This document shows, piece after piece, positions 19,352 through 28,807 of a stretch of 64,000 nucleotides of DNA (positions are counted from its first letter, which is position 1; each line of letters starts with the position of its first letter). Position numbers and translations under genes: made by a program. Origin of the DNA: Alphaproteobacteria bacterium (GTDB taxonomy: Bacteria > Pseudomonadota > Alphaproteobacteria > Rhizobiales > TMED25); NCBI GenBank assembly GCA_045565315.1, contig JBJLFO010000001.1, forward strand, positions 529,542 to 593,541. Direction: 5' to 3'. The notes below the pieces were generated by a model. That model searched no databases, was not told where the DNA came from, and worked only from the letters and a program-made list of their open reading frames with translations.

Positions 19352-20179
19352 TTAATTCACAAGGTATATCGGTAAATCCGAATGTAACATTAGATGCCTT
19401 GTGACACCTCCAAAAATTATCTCTCTCAGCCTGCTTTGAGTATAAGCACCTTTTACTATTAGGTCAGCATTTATACTTTTACTGTACTCTAGAATAATTT
19501 CTCCTGCTTTCTTCTCATCTCCTTCAAGCGAAACAGCTTTGGATTCTATGCCGTGAGATAAGAGTAATTTTGATACTTCTTCACCACTTGGGCCATCAGT
19601 AATTGCTTTCTCTACAGTCAAAATTGTGACATTATTTGCTTTTTTTAGAATTGGTAATGCGGCAAAAACTGCTCTTGAACTCTCTGTTGTACAGTTCCAC
19701 GATATTAGTACCTCATTTCCAATTTCTACTTGTTTATTCATAGGAATTAGCATGACAGGTCGTCCACCATCAAAAAGTATTGTCTGAATTGAACTGAGAC
19801 TTGCGCTCTGTAGTTCCTGATAAGGCCTAGATATAATCACAACATTATATACTCTTGATAGATCCCCAAGATATTTTTGACTCTGCAATTCTTCTGATAG
19901 CCATTGATAATTCAAGCTGCTAAGAGCCTTGTCTTTTAGAACTAATCCCTCCATGTGACTCTCAAACTTTTCTTTGTATTTAATCACCTCACTGATACTT
20001 TCATCATGGTGAACGGTGTCAAATATTATTGACCCCTCTTGCGCAATAAAACTATCTATTCTTTGATGTATAGCCACACCACTAATACTTGATTTATACA
20101 CTTTTGCAAGTGATACCGCGCAATCAATCAGGTGAGGAATAGTCTCAGCATATTCGAATGGTAATAAAATATTTTTCAT
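19352..20179 (-). CDS. Universal stress protein family protein (tandem Usp domains)
   Basis: 275 aa. The second domain ends with the typical DLIVKGAY...GGVTRHLM motif. Confidence 0.7.
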   Translation of the reverse strand: MKNILLPFEYAETIPHLIDCAVSLAKVYKSSISGVAIHQRIDSFIAQEGSIIFDTVHHDESISEVIKYKEKFESHMEGLVLKDKALSSLNYQWLSEELQSQKYLGDLSRVYNVVIISRPYQELQSASLSSIQTILFDGGRPVMLIPMNKQVEIGNEVLISWNCTTESSRAVFAALPILKKANNVTILTVEKAITDGPSGEEVSKLLLSHGIESKAVSLEGDEKKAGEIILEYSKSINADLIVKGAYTQSRLREIIFGGVTRHLMLHSDLPIYLVN

Positions 20180-20200
20180 CTATAAACACCTTTTTATTTT

Positions 20201-21328
20201 CTATAAACCTCTCATAAGCTCGGCAGGATCAATAGGTAATTCTAATTCTTTACCAGTCTTTGCAGATAGATCCATTGCCATTGTAAGCACAAGATTTCTA
20301 TGACCTTCTTTTGCTGTAGCATGTGGCGTATCTTTTCCGAGATAAATTCGACTGAACCAGGAATTTGTTTCTTCACGAATTGGTCCCCACAAATCTCCAT
20401 TATATATATCCCCAGGTGGAAAACTTGTAAGGAAATCTACATTTCTTGTTGCCTCTATTTCCAGACCTTCTGGCCTGTATGCTGGTCCCTGATTATACTC
20501 TGTAGCAAGAATTACGTCTCTATGTGTGTCTTCAATATCAATCACACCCTTGGTACCTACAACACCAATTTCCAGACCATATACCGCGCCAGGCCATACT
20601 TTTGGCAGAGCCCAACAGATATTCATGCTAAATATTGTTCCGTCTTCCATCGTAAATACACCAAATGTAGCGTCTTTCGTACCAAGCTCTGACATAATTT
20701 TTTCAGTAGAACGGGCGAATATAGAAACTGGTTTTGCTTGATCACCTAGCATCCAGAGAGCCATATCTAAACTATGCGTTCCAGATACCACCATTGGTGT
20801 GAGATGTCTTCTATCCTGTGATAATCTAACTTCCCCTGTTGGTGCCATTTTATTCATAAAGGCCCTGACAACAACCGCCGTCGCCTCTCCTATCTGTCCA
20901 TTATTTATTCTTTCTTTTACAGCTAAGAATCTTCTTCTGAACCTTTGAGTATAACCCACTACTGCATCGACTCCGGATTCATTAATTGCATTAAGTACTT
21001 TAAGTGACTCAGTTGCATCCGTTGCTAGTGGCTTTTCAATTAATAGTGGCAATTTTCTTTCAACACTTGCTAGAATTGGTTCTACATGGCTCCAAGTAGA
21101 AGTCGCGACAATCACTGCGTCTACCTCTGGTCTCTCAATTAATTCTCTAAAATTAGTTGTAAAAAAATCTGCCTTTATATCATTCTTTAATTTCAGTCCT
21201 AGATCTTCATTTATATCTGCGAGACCAATCCATCCAATACCTGGATATTCTTTTGCAAGAGTCGAACGCATTCGACCAACAACTCCACAACCAACTACAG
21301 CTAAACCCAAGGTCTTCTTATTTTCCAT
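20201..21328 (-). CDS. Gfo/Idh/MocA family NAD(P)-dependent oxidoreductase
   Basis: 375 aa. N-terminal Rossmann LGLAVVGCGVVG and EKPLA motif. Confidence 0.8.
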   Translation of the reverse strand: MENKKTLGLAVVGCGVVGRMRSTLAKEYPGIGWIGLADINEDLGLKLKNDIKADFFTTNFRELIERPEVDAVIVATSTWSHVEPILASVERKLPLLIEKPLATDATESLKVLNAINESGVDAVVGYTQRFRRRFLAVKERINNGQIGEATAVVVRAFMNKMAPTGEVRLSQDRRHLTPMVVSGTHSLDMALWMLGDQAKPVSIFARSTEKIMSELGTKDATFGVFTMEDGTIFSMNICWALPKVWPGAVYGLEIGVVGTKGVIDIEDTHRDVILATEYNQGPAYRPEGLEIEATRNVDFLTSFPPGDIYNGDLWGPIREETNSWFSRIYLGKDTPHATAKEGHRNLVLTMAMDLSAKTGKELELPIDPAELMRGL

Positions 21329-21414
21329 ATTACATCCCCATATACTGAATAATTATTATTACTTATTATTCTTGATTATTCAAGAAATTCATAACTCCTT
21401 GATTAATTTTATAG

Positions 21415-22119
21415 CTAGTTCTTTTTATACTTTTTAATTAGATCAGGTCTATGTTTTTTTGTAATTTCCATAGATTTTTTTAATCTCCAATCTCTAATAT
21501 CTTTGTGATTACCCTCCAATAGTACCTGAGGTATTTCAAAGCCATCATAATTTCTAGGTAAAGTATATTGAGGGTATTCAAGAAGGTTATTCTCATAACT
21601 TTCACTATCTATTGACTCCTTACTATTAATAACACCATCAATTAAACGAACACATGAATCTATAATATTTATTGCAGCTATATCTCCATTTGTTAAAATA
21701 TAGTCACCAATTGACAACTCAGTTGCCCCGGTGGCTTCAACAATTCTTTGGTCAACCCCCTCAAATCTTCCACATACGATAATTAATCCATCTTCAAGTA
21801 TTAAACTCTTTGCTATGCTTTGATCATATTTTATACCGCGTGGTGCAGGAATAATAATTGGCCTGTTATCACCTTTTGATTTAATATTCATAATAATTGG
21901 AATTACCACATCAGCACGTAGAATCATACCTGGGCCTCCTCCGGATGGAGGTCCGTCAATCTTTAACTTTTTATTTTCTTTAAACTTATCAATGGCAATT
22001 ATTTCGAGGTCCCAAATTTTATTTTTTAATGACCTGCCGACATTACTGAAATCTAGGGCACCCGGGAATATCTCAGGTGTTGTAGTTATTATAGTTACTT
22101 TCCATTTATGATTTGTCAT
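21415..22119 (-). CDS. trmD: tRNA (guanine37-N1)-methyltransferase
   Basis: 234 aa. TrmD blocks GGGPGMILR, CGRFEGVDQR and IGDYILTNGD. Confidence 0.9.
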   Translation of the reverse strand: MTNHKWKVTIITTTPEIFPGALDFSNVGRSLKNKIWDLEIIAIDKFKENKKLKIDGPPSGGGPGMILRADVVIPIIMNIKSKGDNRPIIIPAPRGIKYDQSIAKSLILEDGLIIVCGRFEGVDQRIVEATGATELSIGDYILTNGDIAAINIIDSCVRLIDGVINSKESIDSESYENNLLEYPQYTLPRNYDGFEIPQVLLEGNHKDIRDWRLKKSMEITKKHRPDLIKKYKKN

Positions 22120-22263
22120 ACCAAACTATATCTCAATCTAATCAGGAGTAATAATCCTTTACATAGCAAATTAACTCATCTCCATCACGACACATAAAAT
22201 CGTTATAATTATTTAAGTATACCTTGTTTAATCTCGCTTATTAAAGAGTACTAATAATGATGA

Positions 22264-22914
22264 TTATTTTTCATCTTCTATTTTTGGTTTCTCTTCTTCT
22301 GCAGGAGCTTCGGCAGCGGCCTCTTCAGCCGGGGCTTCTTCTACTGGAGCTTCTTCTACTGGAGCTTCTTCTACTGGAGCTTCTTCTGCAGGAGCTTCGG
22401 CAGCGGCCTCTTCAGCCGGGGCTTCTTCTACTGGAGCTTCTTCTGCGGGAGCTTCGGCAGCGGCCTCTTCAGCTGGGGCTTCTTCTACTGGAGCTTCTTC
22501 TGCGGGAGCTTCGGCAGCGGCCTCTTCAGCCGGGGCTTCTTCTACTGGAGCTTCTTCTGCGGGAGCTTCGGCAGCGGCCTCTTCAGCCGGGGCTTCTTCT
22601 ACTGGAGCTTCTTCAGCCTCCTTCTTTGGTATTGCCTTTTTCGGATTATTTCTTGGCGTTCTTTTAGCTATACCCTCTGCATCTAAAAATCTTAGTACTC
22701 TATCCGTTGGTTGAGCACCAACTCCCATCCAATATTTAATTCTATCAATTTGTAATGTAACTCTATCATTATGGTCTTTAGGTAGAAGCGGATTATATGT
22801 ACCAAGCTTTTCGATGAACCTTCCGTCTCTTGGATTTCTGACATCAGTTACTACTATTCTGTAATAAGGACGTTTTTTTGAGCCACCCCTTGCCAATCTA
22901 ATTTTTAAAGCCAT
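22264..22914 (-). CDS. rpsP: 30S ribosomal protein S16 with a long repetitive acidic C-terminal extension
   Basis: N-terminus [22 protein letters not shown] is canonical S16. Roughly the C-terminal 110 aa are AEEAP-type repeats. Confidence 0.9.
   Translation of the reverse strand: MALKIRLARGGSKKRPYYRIVVTDVRNPRDGRFIEKLGTYNPLLPKDHNDRVTLQIDRIKYWMGVGAQPTDRVLRFLDAEGIAKRTPRNNPKKAIPKKEAEEAPVEEAPAEEAAAEAPAEEAPVEEAPAEEAAAEAPAEEAPVEEAPAEEAAAEAPAEEAPVEEAPAEEAAAEAPAEEAPVEEAPVEEAPVEEAPAEEAAAEAPAEEEKPKIEDEK
22301..22615. repeat. In-frame tandem repeat, 57-bp unit (19 aa) x about 5, with a nested 15-bp sub-repeat, inside rpsP
   Basis: Units start at 22301, 22388, 22445, 22502 and 22559. They differ only at gca/gcg and gcc/gct positions. 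The first unit carries two extra 15-bp ctactggagcttctt copies. Confidence 0.9.
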
Positions 22915-22955
22915 TAAAATTCCTTTTCTTAAATTCTAGTTATAAATATCCAGAA

Positions 22956-24455
22956 TCACTTTTTTCGTCCAGTTAAATTTAATAAATTATTTAATTTATT
23001 TTGAGAGCCTGGTAATCCCGGTAATCCGGGTAAATTTTTCCCTGTGGTATTACTTCCCAAATGAGATAGCATTTTTTCATTGATATTGCTATCATTTAAT
23101 TTATTTATTTGATTATTTTTGATATCTGGCATTTCAAAATCAGCATCTAACATACCCTTCTTTCCAAACTTTTTCATCATATCTGATGTTTGTCTATAAA
23201 TTTTTATTAATTTATTAATCTCTGGTACCTCTGTACCAGATCCTCTTGCAATTCTTTTCTTTCGAGAGGCATTTAAGATTTTAGGATTCCTCTTTTCTCT
23301 TGGAGTCATGGATGAGATTATTGCGACTTGTCTTTTTATGATTTTATCATTCATATTGGACTCGGCTAGTTGTTTTTTTACCTTACTTATACCTGGCAAC
23401 ATTCCAAGTATTCCTGACACCCCTCCCATCTTTGACATTTGATTTAACTGCTGAGACATATCGTCCAAATCAAATATCCCTTTAGATATCTTTTTTGCAA
23501 TTTTATTTGCTTTTTCATTATCGATGGTATCTTTAGCTCTTTCAACAAGGGATACAATATCACCCATCCCAAGGATCCTATTTGCAGTACGATCTGGATA
23601 GAACTCTTCCAAATTGTCAATCTTTTCACCGGTACCGATAAATTTAATTGGCTGCCCAGTAATATGTTTCATCGATAGTGCTGCTCCACCTCGCGCATCA
23701 CCGTCTAACCTGGTCAGTATTACACCAGTTAGCGGGATTTTCGATGAGAATGTACTTGCAACATTTACAGCATCTTGACCTGTCAGGGAATCTGCAACTA
23801 AGATTATTTCTGTTGCTTTGGCTTCTTTATTGATATTTTCAAGTTCATTCATTAACTCATTATCAACATGCATTCTTCCTGCAGTATCTAGAATCAACAC
23901 ATCAAAACCACCTAACCTTGCCTCTTTGATTGCCCTCTTAGATATTTCAATAGGCTTCTGACCTTTTACAATTGGTAAAGTATCAATTGAATTTTCAATA
24001 CCTAAAATTTCGAGCTGTTCTTGAGCTGCCGGCCTATTTACATCAAGGGAGGCCATAATAGTTTTTTGTTTGTATTTATTTTTAATATAATTAGCGAGTT
24101 TTGCAGATGTTGTTGTCTTACCCGAACCCTGTAAGCCTACTATCATAAGTATGGCTGGAGGAGAAACTTTTAAATTTAATTCAACATTTTCAGATCCTAA
24201 TAATTCTGTTAGCTGGTCATTAACAATTTTAATAACGGTTTGGCCAGGTGAAACAGATTTAACAACTTCTTCACCAACAGCTTTCTCTCTAACTTTTTCA
24301 AGGAAGTCTTTTACTACAGGCAAGGCAACATCAGCTTCAAGAAGAGCTCTTCTGACTTCTCTTAGTGCTTCGTCAACATTAGACTCTGTAAGTAGCCCAG
24401 TTCTTGTCAACTTTGAAAATACTAATGAAAGTCTATCCGATAGTGATTCAAACAT
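22956..24455 (-). CDS. ffh: Signal recognition particle protein Ffh
   Basis: 499 aa. GLQGSGKTTT, DTAGR, TRLDGDARGG, and a Met-rich M domain. Confidence 0.95.
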   Translation of the reverse strand: MFESLSDRLSLVFSKLTRTGLLTESNVDEALREVRRALLEADVALPVVKDFLEKVREKAVGEEVVKSVSPGQTVIKIVNDQLTELLGSENVELNLKVSPPAILMIVGLQGSGKTTTSAKLANYIKNKYKQKTIMASLDVNRPAAQEQLEILGIENSIDTLPIVKGQKPIEISKRAIKEARLGGFDVLILDTAGRMHVDNELMNELENINKEAKATEIILVADSLTGQDAVNVASTFSSKIPLTGVILTRLDGDARGGAALSMKHITGQPIKFIGTGEKIDNLEEFYPDRTANRILGMGDIVSLVERAKDTIDNEKANKIAKKISKGIFDLDDMSQQLNQMSKMGGVSGILGMLPGISKVKKQLAESNMNDKIIKRQVAIISSMTPREKRNPKILNASRKKRIARGSGTEVPEINKLIKIYRQTSDMMKKFGKKGMLDADFEMPDIKNNQINKLNDSNINEKMLSHLGSNTTGKNLPGLPGLPGSQNKLNNLLNLTGRKK

Positions 24456-24630
24456 TCTAAAATCTCATATAATTTTTGGGTCAAATATAGCTTATTTAAT
24501 ATTTTTTCCCATAATATATTAAAATAATACTATTAGTCTAATAATTAGTATCATAAAATATTATATATAACTATATTGCATATATATTCCACTTGTATTA
24601 AATAATCCTTAGCAGAAACGGATAAAGAAA

Positions 24631-25749
24631 ATGGAACAAATTAACTTTGTTGATTTAAAAAAACAATTTAAAGAGCTTGAGAATGAAATAGTTAATTCGG
24701 TATCAGGTGTTCTGGAGAGCGGTCAATACATCTTAGGCCCCCTCGTAGAGGAAATTGAAGATAAATTATCTTTATACGCAAATGTGAATAATGTTGTTAC
24801 CGTTTCCAGTGGAACAGATGCATTATTTGTATCTCTACATGCACTTGGAATCGGACCAGGTTCGAAAGTATACATCCCATCATTTACTTACACTGCAACT
24901 GCAGAAGTAATCGCACTTGTAGGAGCTGAACCTGTATTTGTAGATGTTACCTCAAGATCATTCAATATATCTTGTAAAGATCTTGAAGAAAAAATTGAAA
25001 AATATAGGCCCACTAAAGATATGCCATCAGCCATAATAGCTGTTGATTTATTTGGATTACCAGCAAAATATGATAGATTGAATGATATTGCAAATAGGTA
25101 TAATTTAAGTCTAATATCTGATGCAGCCCAATCATTTGGTGCAAGTATTGGTAATAAGAAAGTTGGAAAATTAGCGCCAATAACTACCACAAGTTTCTAT
25201 CCAACTAAACCTCTTTCTTGTTGCGGAGACGGAGGGGCAATCTTTACAGATAATGATGATCTAGCACAAATACTCAGGTCAGTCCGAACTCATGGTATAT
25301 CTGATAATCCCTACGAAAATATAAGAATTGGAACAAATGCAAGGTTTGATGCTATCCAAGCTGCGATATTATTAAAGAAACTAACAATTTTTGACCAAGA
25401 ATTAGAAAAAAGGAAGAATGTGGCAGCAATATATAATCAAGAGCTTGATCAAATAGTTGAAACACCAATGGCTATAGATGGAGTCTATTCAGCTTGGGCG
25501 CACTATACAATAAAAACTAAAAAACGTGATAAGCTTAAAATGTATCTAAGTGACGCTAATATCCCATCTATGATATACTATCCTAAACCAATGCATGACC
25601 AGATTGCTTACAAAAAATATAGTAATGGTGATAATTTAAAAATTAGTACGGGTTTATGCCAAGAAGTCTTAAGTTTGCCGATGCACCCGTATCTATCTGA
25701 GGAACAAGTGATTTATATAACAGAAAAAATTAAAAAATTCTTGGATTAG
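24631..25749 (+). CDS. DegT/DnrJ/EryC1/StrS family PLP-dependent aminotransferase
   Basis: 372 aa. SFYPTKPL...GDGGAIFT block with the PLP Lys, and N-terminal GxYILGP motif. Confidence 0.8.
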   Translation: MEQINFVDLKKQFKELENEIVNSVSGVLESGQYILGPLVEEIEDKLSLYANVNNVVTVSSGTDALFVSLHALGIGPGSKVYIPSFTYTATAEVIALVGAEPVFVDVTSRSFNISCKDLEEKIEKYRPTKDMPSAIIAVDLFGLPAKYDRLNDIANRYNLSLISDAAQSFGASIGNKKVGKLAPITTTSFYPTKPLSCCGDGGAIFTDNDDLAQILRSVRTHGISDNPYENIRIGTNARFDAIQAAILLKKLTIFDQELEKRKNVAAIYNQELDQIVETPMAIDGVYSAWAHYTIKTKKRDKLKMYLSDANIPSMIYYPKPMHDQIAYKKYSNGDNLKISTGLCQEVLSLPMHPYLSEEQVIYITEKIKKFLD

Positions 25750-25760
25750 AATGATAAAAA

Positions 25761-26618
25761 ATGCTACCAAAAAAAATTAAATTTTATAAAATGAATGGGC
25801 TCGGAAATGAATTTGTTATTATTGATAACTTAAATTTGGACCATGAAATTGATGCCAAGTTGATCAAACGCTTGTCGAAAAAATCTACTGGACCAGGCTG
25901 TGATCAGCTTATTTCAATTGATAATGCATATGAGAATCGCATCAAAATAAGAGTATGGAATCAAGATGCAAGTGAAGCTGAGGTGTGCGGTAACGCTTCA
26001 AGATGCGTCGCAAAGCTTTTTTTTGAAAAAGAAGACCATGAAATAATTGAAATAAGTACTGGAAAAAGTAAGCATATATGTAAGAAAATGGCGAATAATC
26101 AAATAATTATTAATATGGGTCAACCAAGTACATCTTGGAAGTCGATACCTACTAACTACTCGTCTGAAGATGTACTAAAATTCGATTATAATTTTGGTAT
26201 TAAAGAGCTGGTTGGGCAACATCTTCCAAGTCTTGTGAATATTGGGAATCCCCATATTATTTTTTGGCTTGATAATGTTGATAAAATTTCTTATCAAAAA
26301 CTAGGTCCTTTAATAGAAAACCATGATATTTTTCCTGAGAAAATTAATGTAAATTTTGCACAGATTATTGACCCAAATCAAATCGGATTAATTGTATGGG
26401 AACGTGGAGCTGGATTAACAAAAGCTTGCGGAAGTGGAGCATCTGCAGTTGCATATGCGGGTTATAAATTAAACATGGTAAATTCTAACGTAGATATCAA
26501 ATTACCTGGTGGTATTCTAAATGTATCTATTGATGAAGAAAATTATGTATACAAATCGGGTCCTGCAGAATTAGAATATATAGAATATTATACTGGTAAA
26601 AATATAAATGAAGAATAA
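25761..26618 (+). CDS. dapF: Diaminopimelate epimerase
   Basis: 285 aa. GLGNEFVIID, CGNASRC and ACGSGASA (the two catalytic Cys blocks). Confidence 0.9.
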   Translation: MLPKKIKFYKMNGLGNEFVIIDNLNLDHEIDAKLIKRLSKKSTGPGCDQLISIDNAYENRIKIRVWNQDASEAEVCGNASRCVAKLFFEKEDHEIIEISTGKSKHICKKMANNQIIINMGQPSTSWKSIPTNYSSEDVLKFDYNFGIKELVGQHLPSLVNIGNPHIIFWLDNVDKISYQKLGPLIENHDIFPEKINVNFAQIIDPNQIGLIVWERGAGLTKACGSGASAVAYAGYKLNMVNSNVDIKLPGGILNVSIDEENYVYKSGPAELEYIEYYTGKNINEE

Positions 26619-27852
26619 TCTAAATTTTATAACTTTTGGATGTAAGTTGAATGCATTTGAGACTCAAGTAATGAAAGAAAAGGCCGAGCATTATAATTTA
26701 AGTAACTTTAGCTTTATCAATAGTTGTGCTGTAACTAATCAAGCTGTAAAACAAACTAGGCAAGCTATAAGAAAAGAAAGGCGAGAAAACCCGGATAATA
26801 AAATTATTGTTACTGGATGCGCAGCGGAATTGCATCCTAATGAATTTATGAGCATGCCGGAAGTTGATTGCATCATTGGAAATCATGAAAAAACAAAATT
26901 AAGTACATTTGGAAATCTAGTTGGAATTAAAAAAGACATATCTGAAGAAAATATTATAGAAGAAGAGACACCTTTTATAAAAAATTTTGATAATAGAACA
27001 AGAGCTTTCGTGCAAATTCAGAATGGTTGTGATCACAGGTGTACTTTCTGTATTATACCTTATGCTCGCGGGCAATCAAGGTCTATAGATCAAGAAACTA
27101 TTATCCGGCAAATCCAAACCCTACTAGATAAGGGGTACCATGAAATAATACTCACTGGTGTAGATATAACTTCTTATGGTCAAGATCTAAATGAAAAAAT
27201 AAATCTTGGCATACTTATTAAGAACATCATTAAGGGTACAAACAATCTAAAAAGATTAAGAATATCCTCTATTGACTCAATTGAGATTGATGATGACTTT
27301 CTAGAAGTTTTTACTAGTGAAAAAATAATTATGCCTCATCTTCATCTATCTCTCCAATCAGGTAATGATATGATTCTAAAAAGAATGCTTCGACGACACC
27401 AAACAAAGGATGCAATTGCATTTTGTGAAAAAATACAAAAAGTTAGACCAGAGAGTGTCTTTGGTGCAGATCTTATTGCAGGATTTCCAACAGAAAGTGA
27501 TTCTATGCATAAATCTACTAAGAAACATATTACAGATTGTAATCTTACATACCTGCATATCTTCCCATTCTCTGCAAAACAAGGAACCCCTGCTGCAAGA
27601 ATGCCTCAAGTAGAAAAGAAAGTGATTCAGAAACGCTCCAAAGAATTGAGGGAAGTTGGTGGCCAAAGACTAAATATATTCCTTATTAATGAAGTAGGTA
27701 AGGAGAAAAAAGTTTTAGTTGAAAAGCCAGGTTTTGGTAGAACTGAGCAATATTCAAAAGTTTTAATTCCAGAAGATAATAACCAAGGAACGCTAATAAC
27801 AAAAAAAATAATTGGCATAAATAAAGATCAACTAATGGCACAACTAAATTAA
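26608..27852 (+). CDS. mtaB: Radical-SAM methylthiotransferase, MtaB-type (MiaB-like)
   Basis: 414 aa. N-terminal FGCKLN, radical SAM CDHRCTFCIIP. Conserved dapF-mtaB-ftsY position. Confidence 0.8.
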   Translation: MKNNLNFITFGCKLNAFETQVMKEKAEHYNLSNFSFINSCAVTNQAVKQTRQAIRKERRENPDNKIIVTGCAAELHPNEFMSMPEVDCIIGNHEKTKLSTFGNLVGIKKDISEENIIEEETPFIKNFDNRTRAFVQIQNGCDHRCTFCIIPYARGQSRSIDQETIIRQIQTLLDKGYHEIILTGVDITSYGQDLNEKINLGILIKNIIKGTNNLKRLRISSIDSIEIDDDFLEVFTSEKIIMPHLHLSLQSGNDMILKRMLRRHQTKDAIAFCEKIQKVRPESVFGADLIAGFPTESDSMHKSTKKHITDCNLTYLHIFPFSAKQGTPAARMPQVEKKVIQKRSKELREVGGQRLNIFLINEVGKEKKVLVEKPGFGRTEQYSKVLIPEDNNQGTLITKKIIGINKDQLMAQLN

Positions 27853-27881
27853 AAAACTTCGCTAACTTAAAATAGGTAAAT

Positions 27882-28802
27882 ATGAAGAATACTTGGTTTC
27901 AAAAATTAAAGAGTAGCCTATCTAAGTCATCAAGCTCTATTTCTCAGGGAATAACAAAAATAATAACCTCAAAGAGACTAGATGAAGCAACATTACAAGA
28001 TCTAGAAGATCTTCTTATTAGCGCAGACATTGGTGTCGATTCATCGGTATCAATAATTGAGAACTTGAAAAAAGAAAAATTTAATAAAGATATAGACATC
28101 TCAGAAATAAAAACGTTCCTTGCTGATCAAATTGAGATAAAACTTGCATCCTCCTATAAAAAACTAATCTTCAATAAAGATCAATCCCCTCATATAATTA
28201 TTGTTGTTGGGGTCAATGGTTCTGGAAAAACAACTACAATCGCAAAGTTAGCTAATAATTTTAAAAAAGATGGTGCAAAGGTTCTCATTGGAGCGGCAGA
28301 TACTTTTAGAGCCGCAGCAATAGAGCAAATCACTTCGTGGGCATCTAGATTAAATATTGAAATTGTAGCTTCGGATATTGTAAAAGATGCTGCAAGTATA
28401 GCATACGATACAGTCAAAAAAGCAAAAGATGATAAATTTGATGTAGCCATCATAGATACTGCTGGACGACTTCAAAATAGATCTGAATTGATGGATGAGC
28501 TTGCAAAAATTATCCGTGTTATAAAGAAACAGGACACAGAAGCTCCTCATTCTATAATATTAACTTTAGATGCTACAGCCGGACAAAATGCTATTCAGCA
28601 AGCTAAGGTTTTCAATGAAATTGCAAATATTACTGGTCTCATTATAACAAAATTAGATGGTACTGCAAAAGCGGGATATATTATTTCTATTGCACAAGAG
28701 ATTGGCTTACCTATTCATTATATTGGTATTGGTGAGTCAGTTGATGATCTGAATGATTTCGATATAAAAAGCTTTTCAAGGTTAATCGTAGGGCTAGACT
28801 AA
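27882..28802 (+). CDS. ftsY: Signal recognition particle receptor FtsY (short form, no acidic A domain)
   Basis: 306 aa. GVNGSGKTTT, DTAGRL, TKLDGTAKAG. Confidence 0.9.
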   Translation: MKNTWFQKLKSSLSKSSSSISQGITKIITSKRLDEATLQDLEDLLISADIGVDSSVSIIENLKKEKFNKDIDISEIKTFLADQIEIKLASSYKKLIFNKDQSPHIIIVVGVNGSGKTTTIAKLANNFKKDGAKVLIGAADTFRAAAIEQITSWASRLNIEIVASDIVKDAASIAYDTVKKAKDDKFDVAIIDTAGRLQNRSELMDELAKIIRVIKKQDTEAPHSIILTLDATAGQNAIQQAKVFNEIANITGLIITKLDGTAKAGYIISIAQEIGLPIHYIGIGESVDDLNDFDIKSFSRLIVGLD

Positions 28803-28807
28803 AGAAC

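Noticed and set aside
22301-22615. Regularly spaced direct repeats that could suggest a CRISPR array
   Set aside because: The units are contiguous with no spacers and are in frame within rpsP. They show codon-level (synonymous) variation, and there are no cas genes. This is a coding tandem repeat.
22257-22667. 136-aa Leu-rich ORF ([18 protein letters not shown] repeats) on the plus strand
   Set aside because: It is the antisense reading of the rpsP AEEAP tandem repeat. The minus strand carries a canonical S16 N-terminus, so this ORF is a mirror artefact of the repeat.
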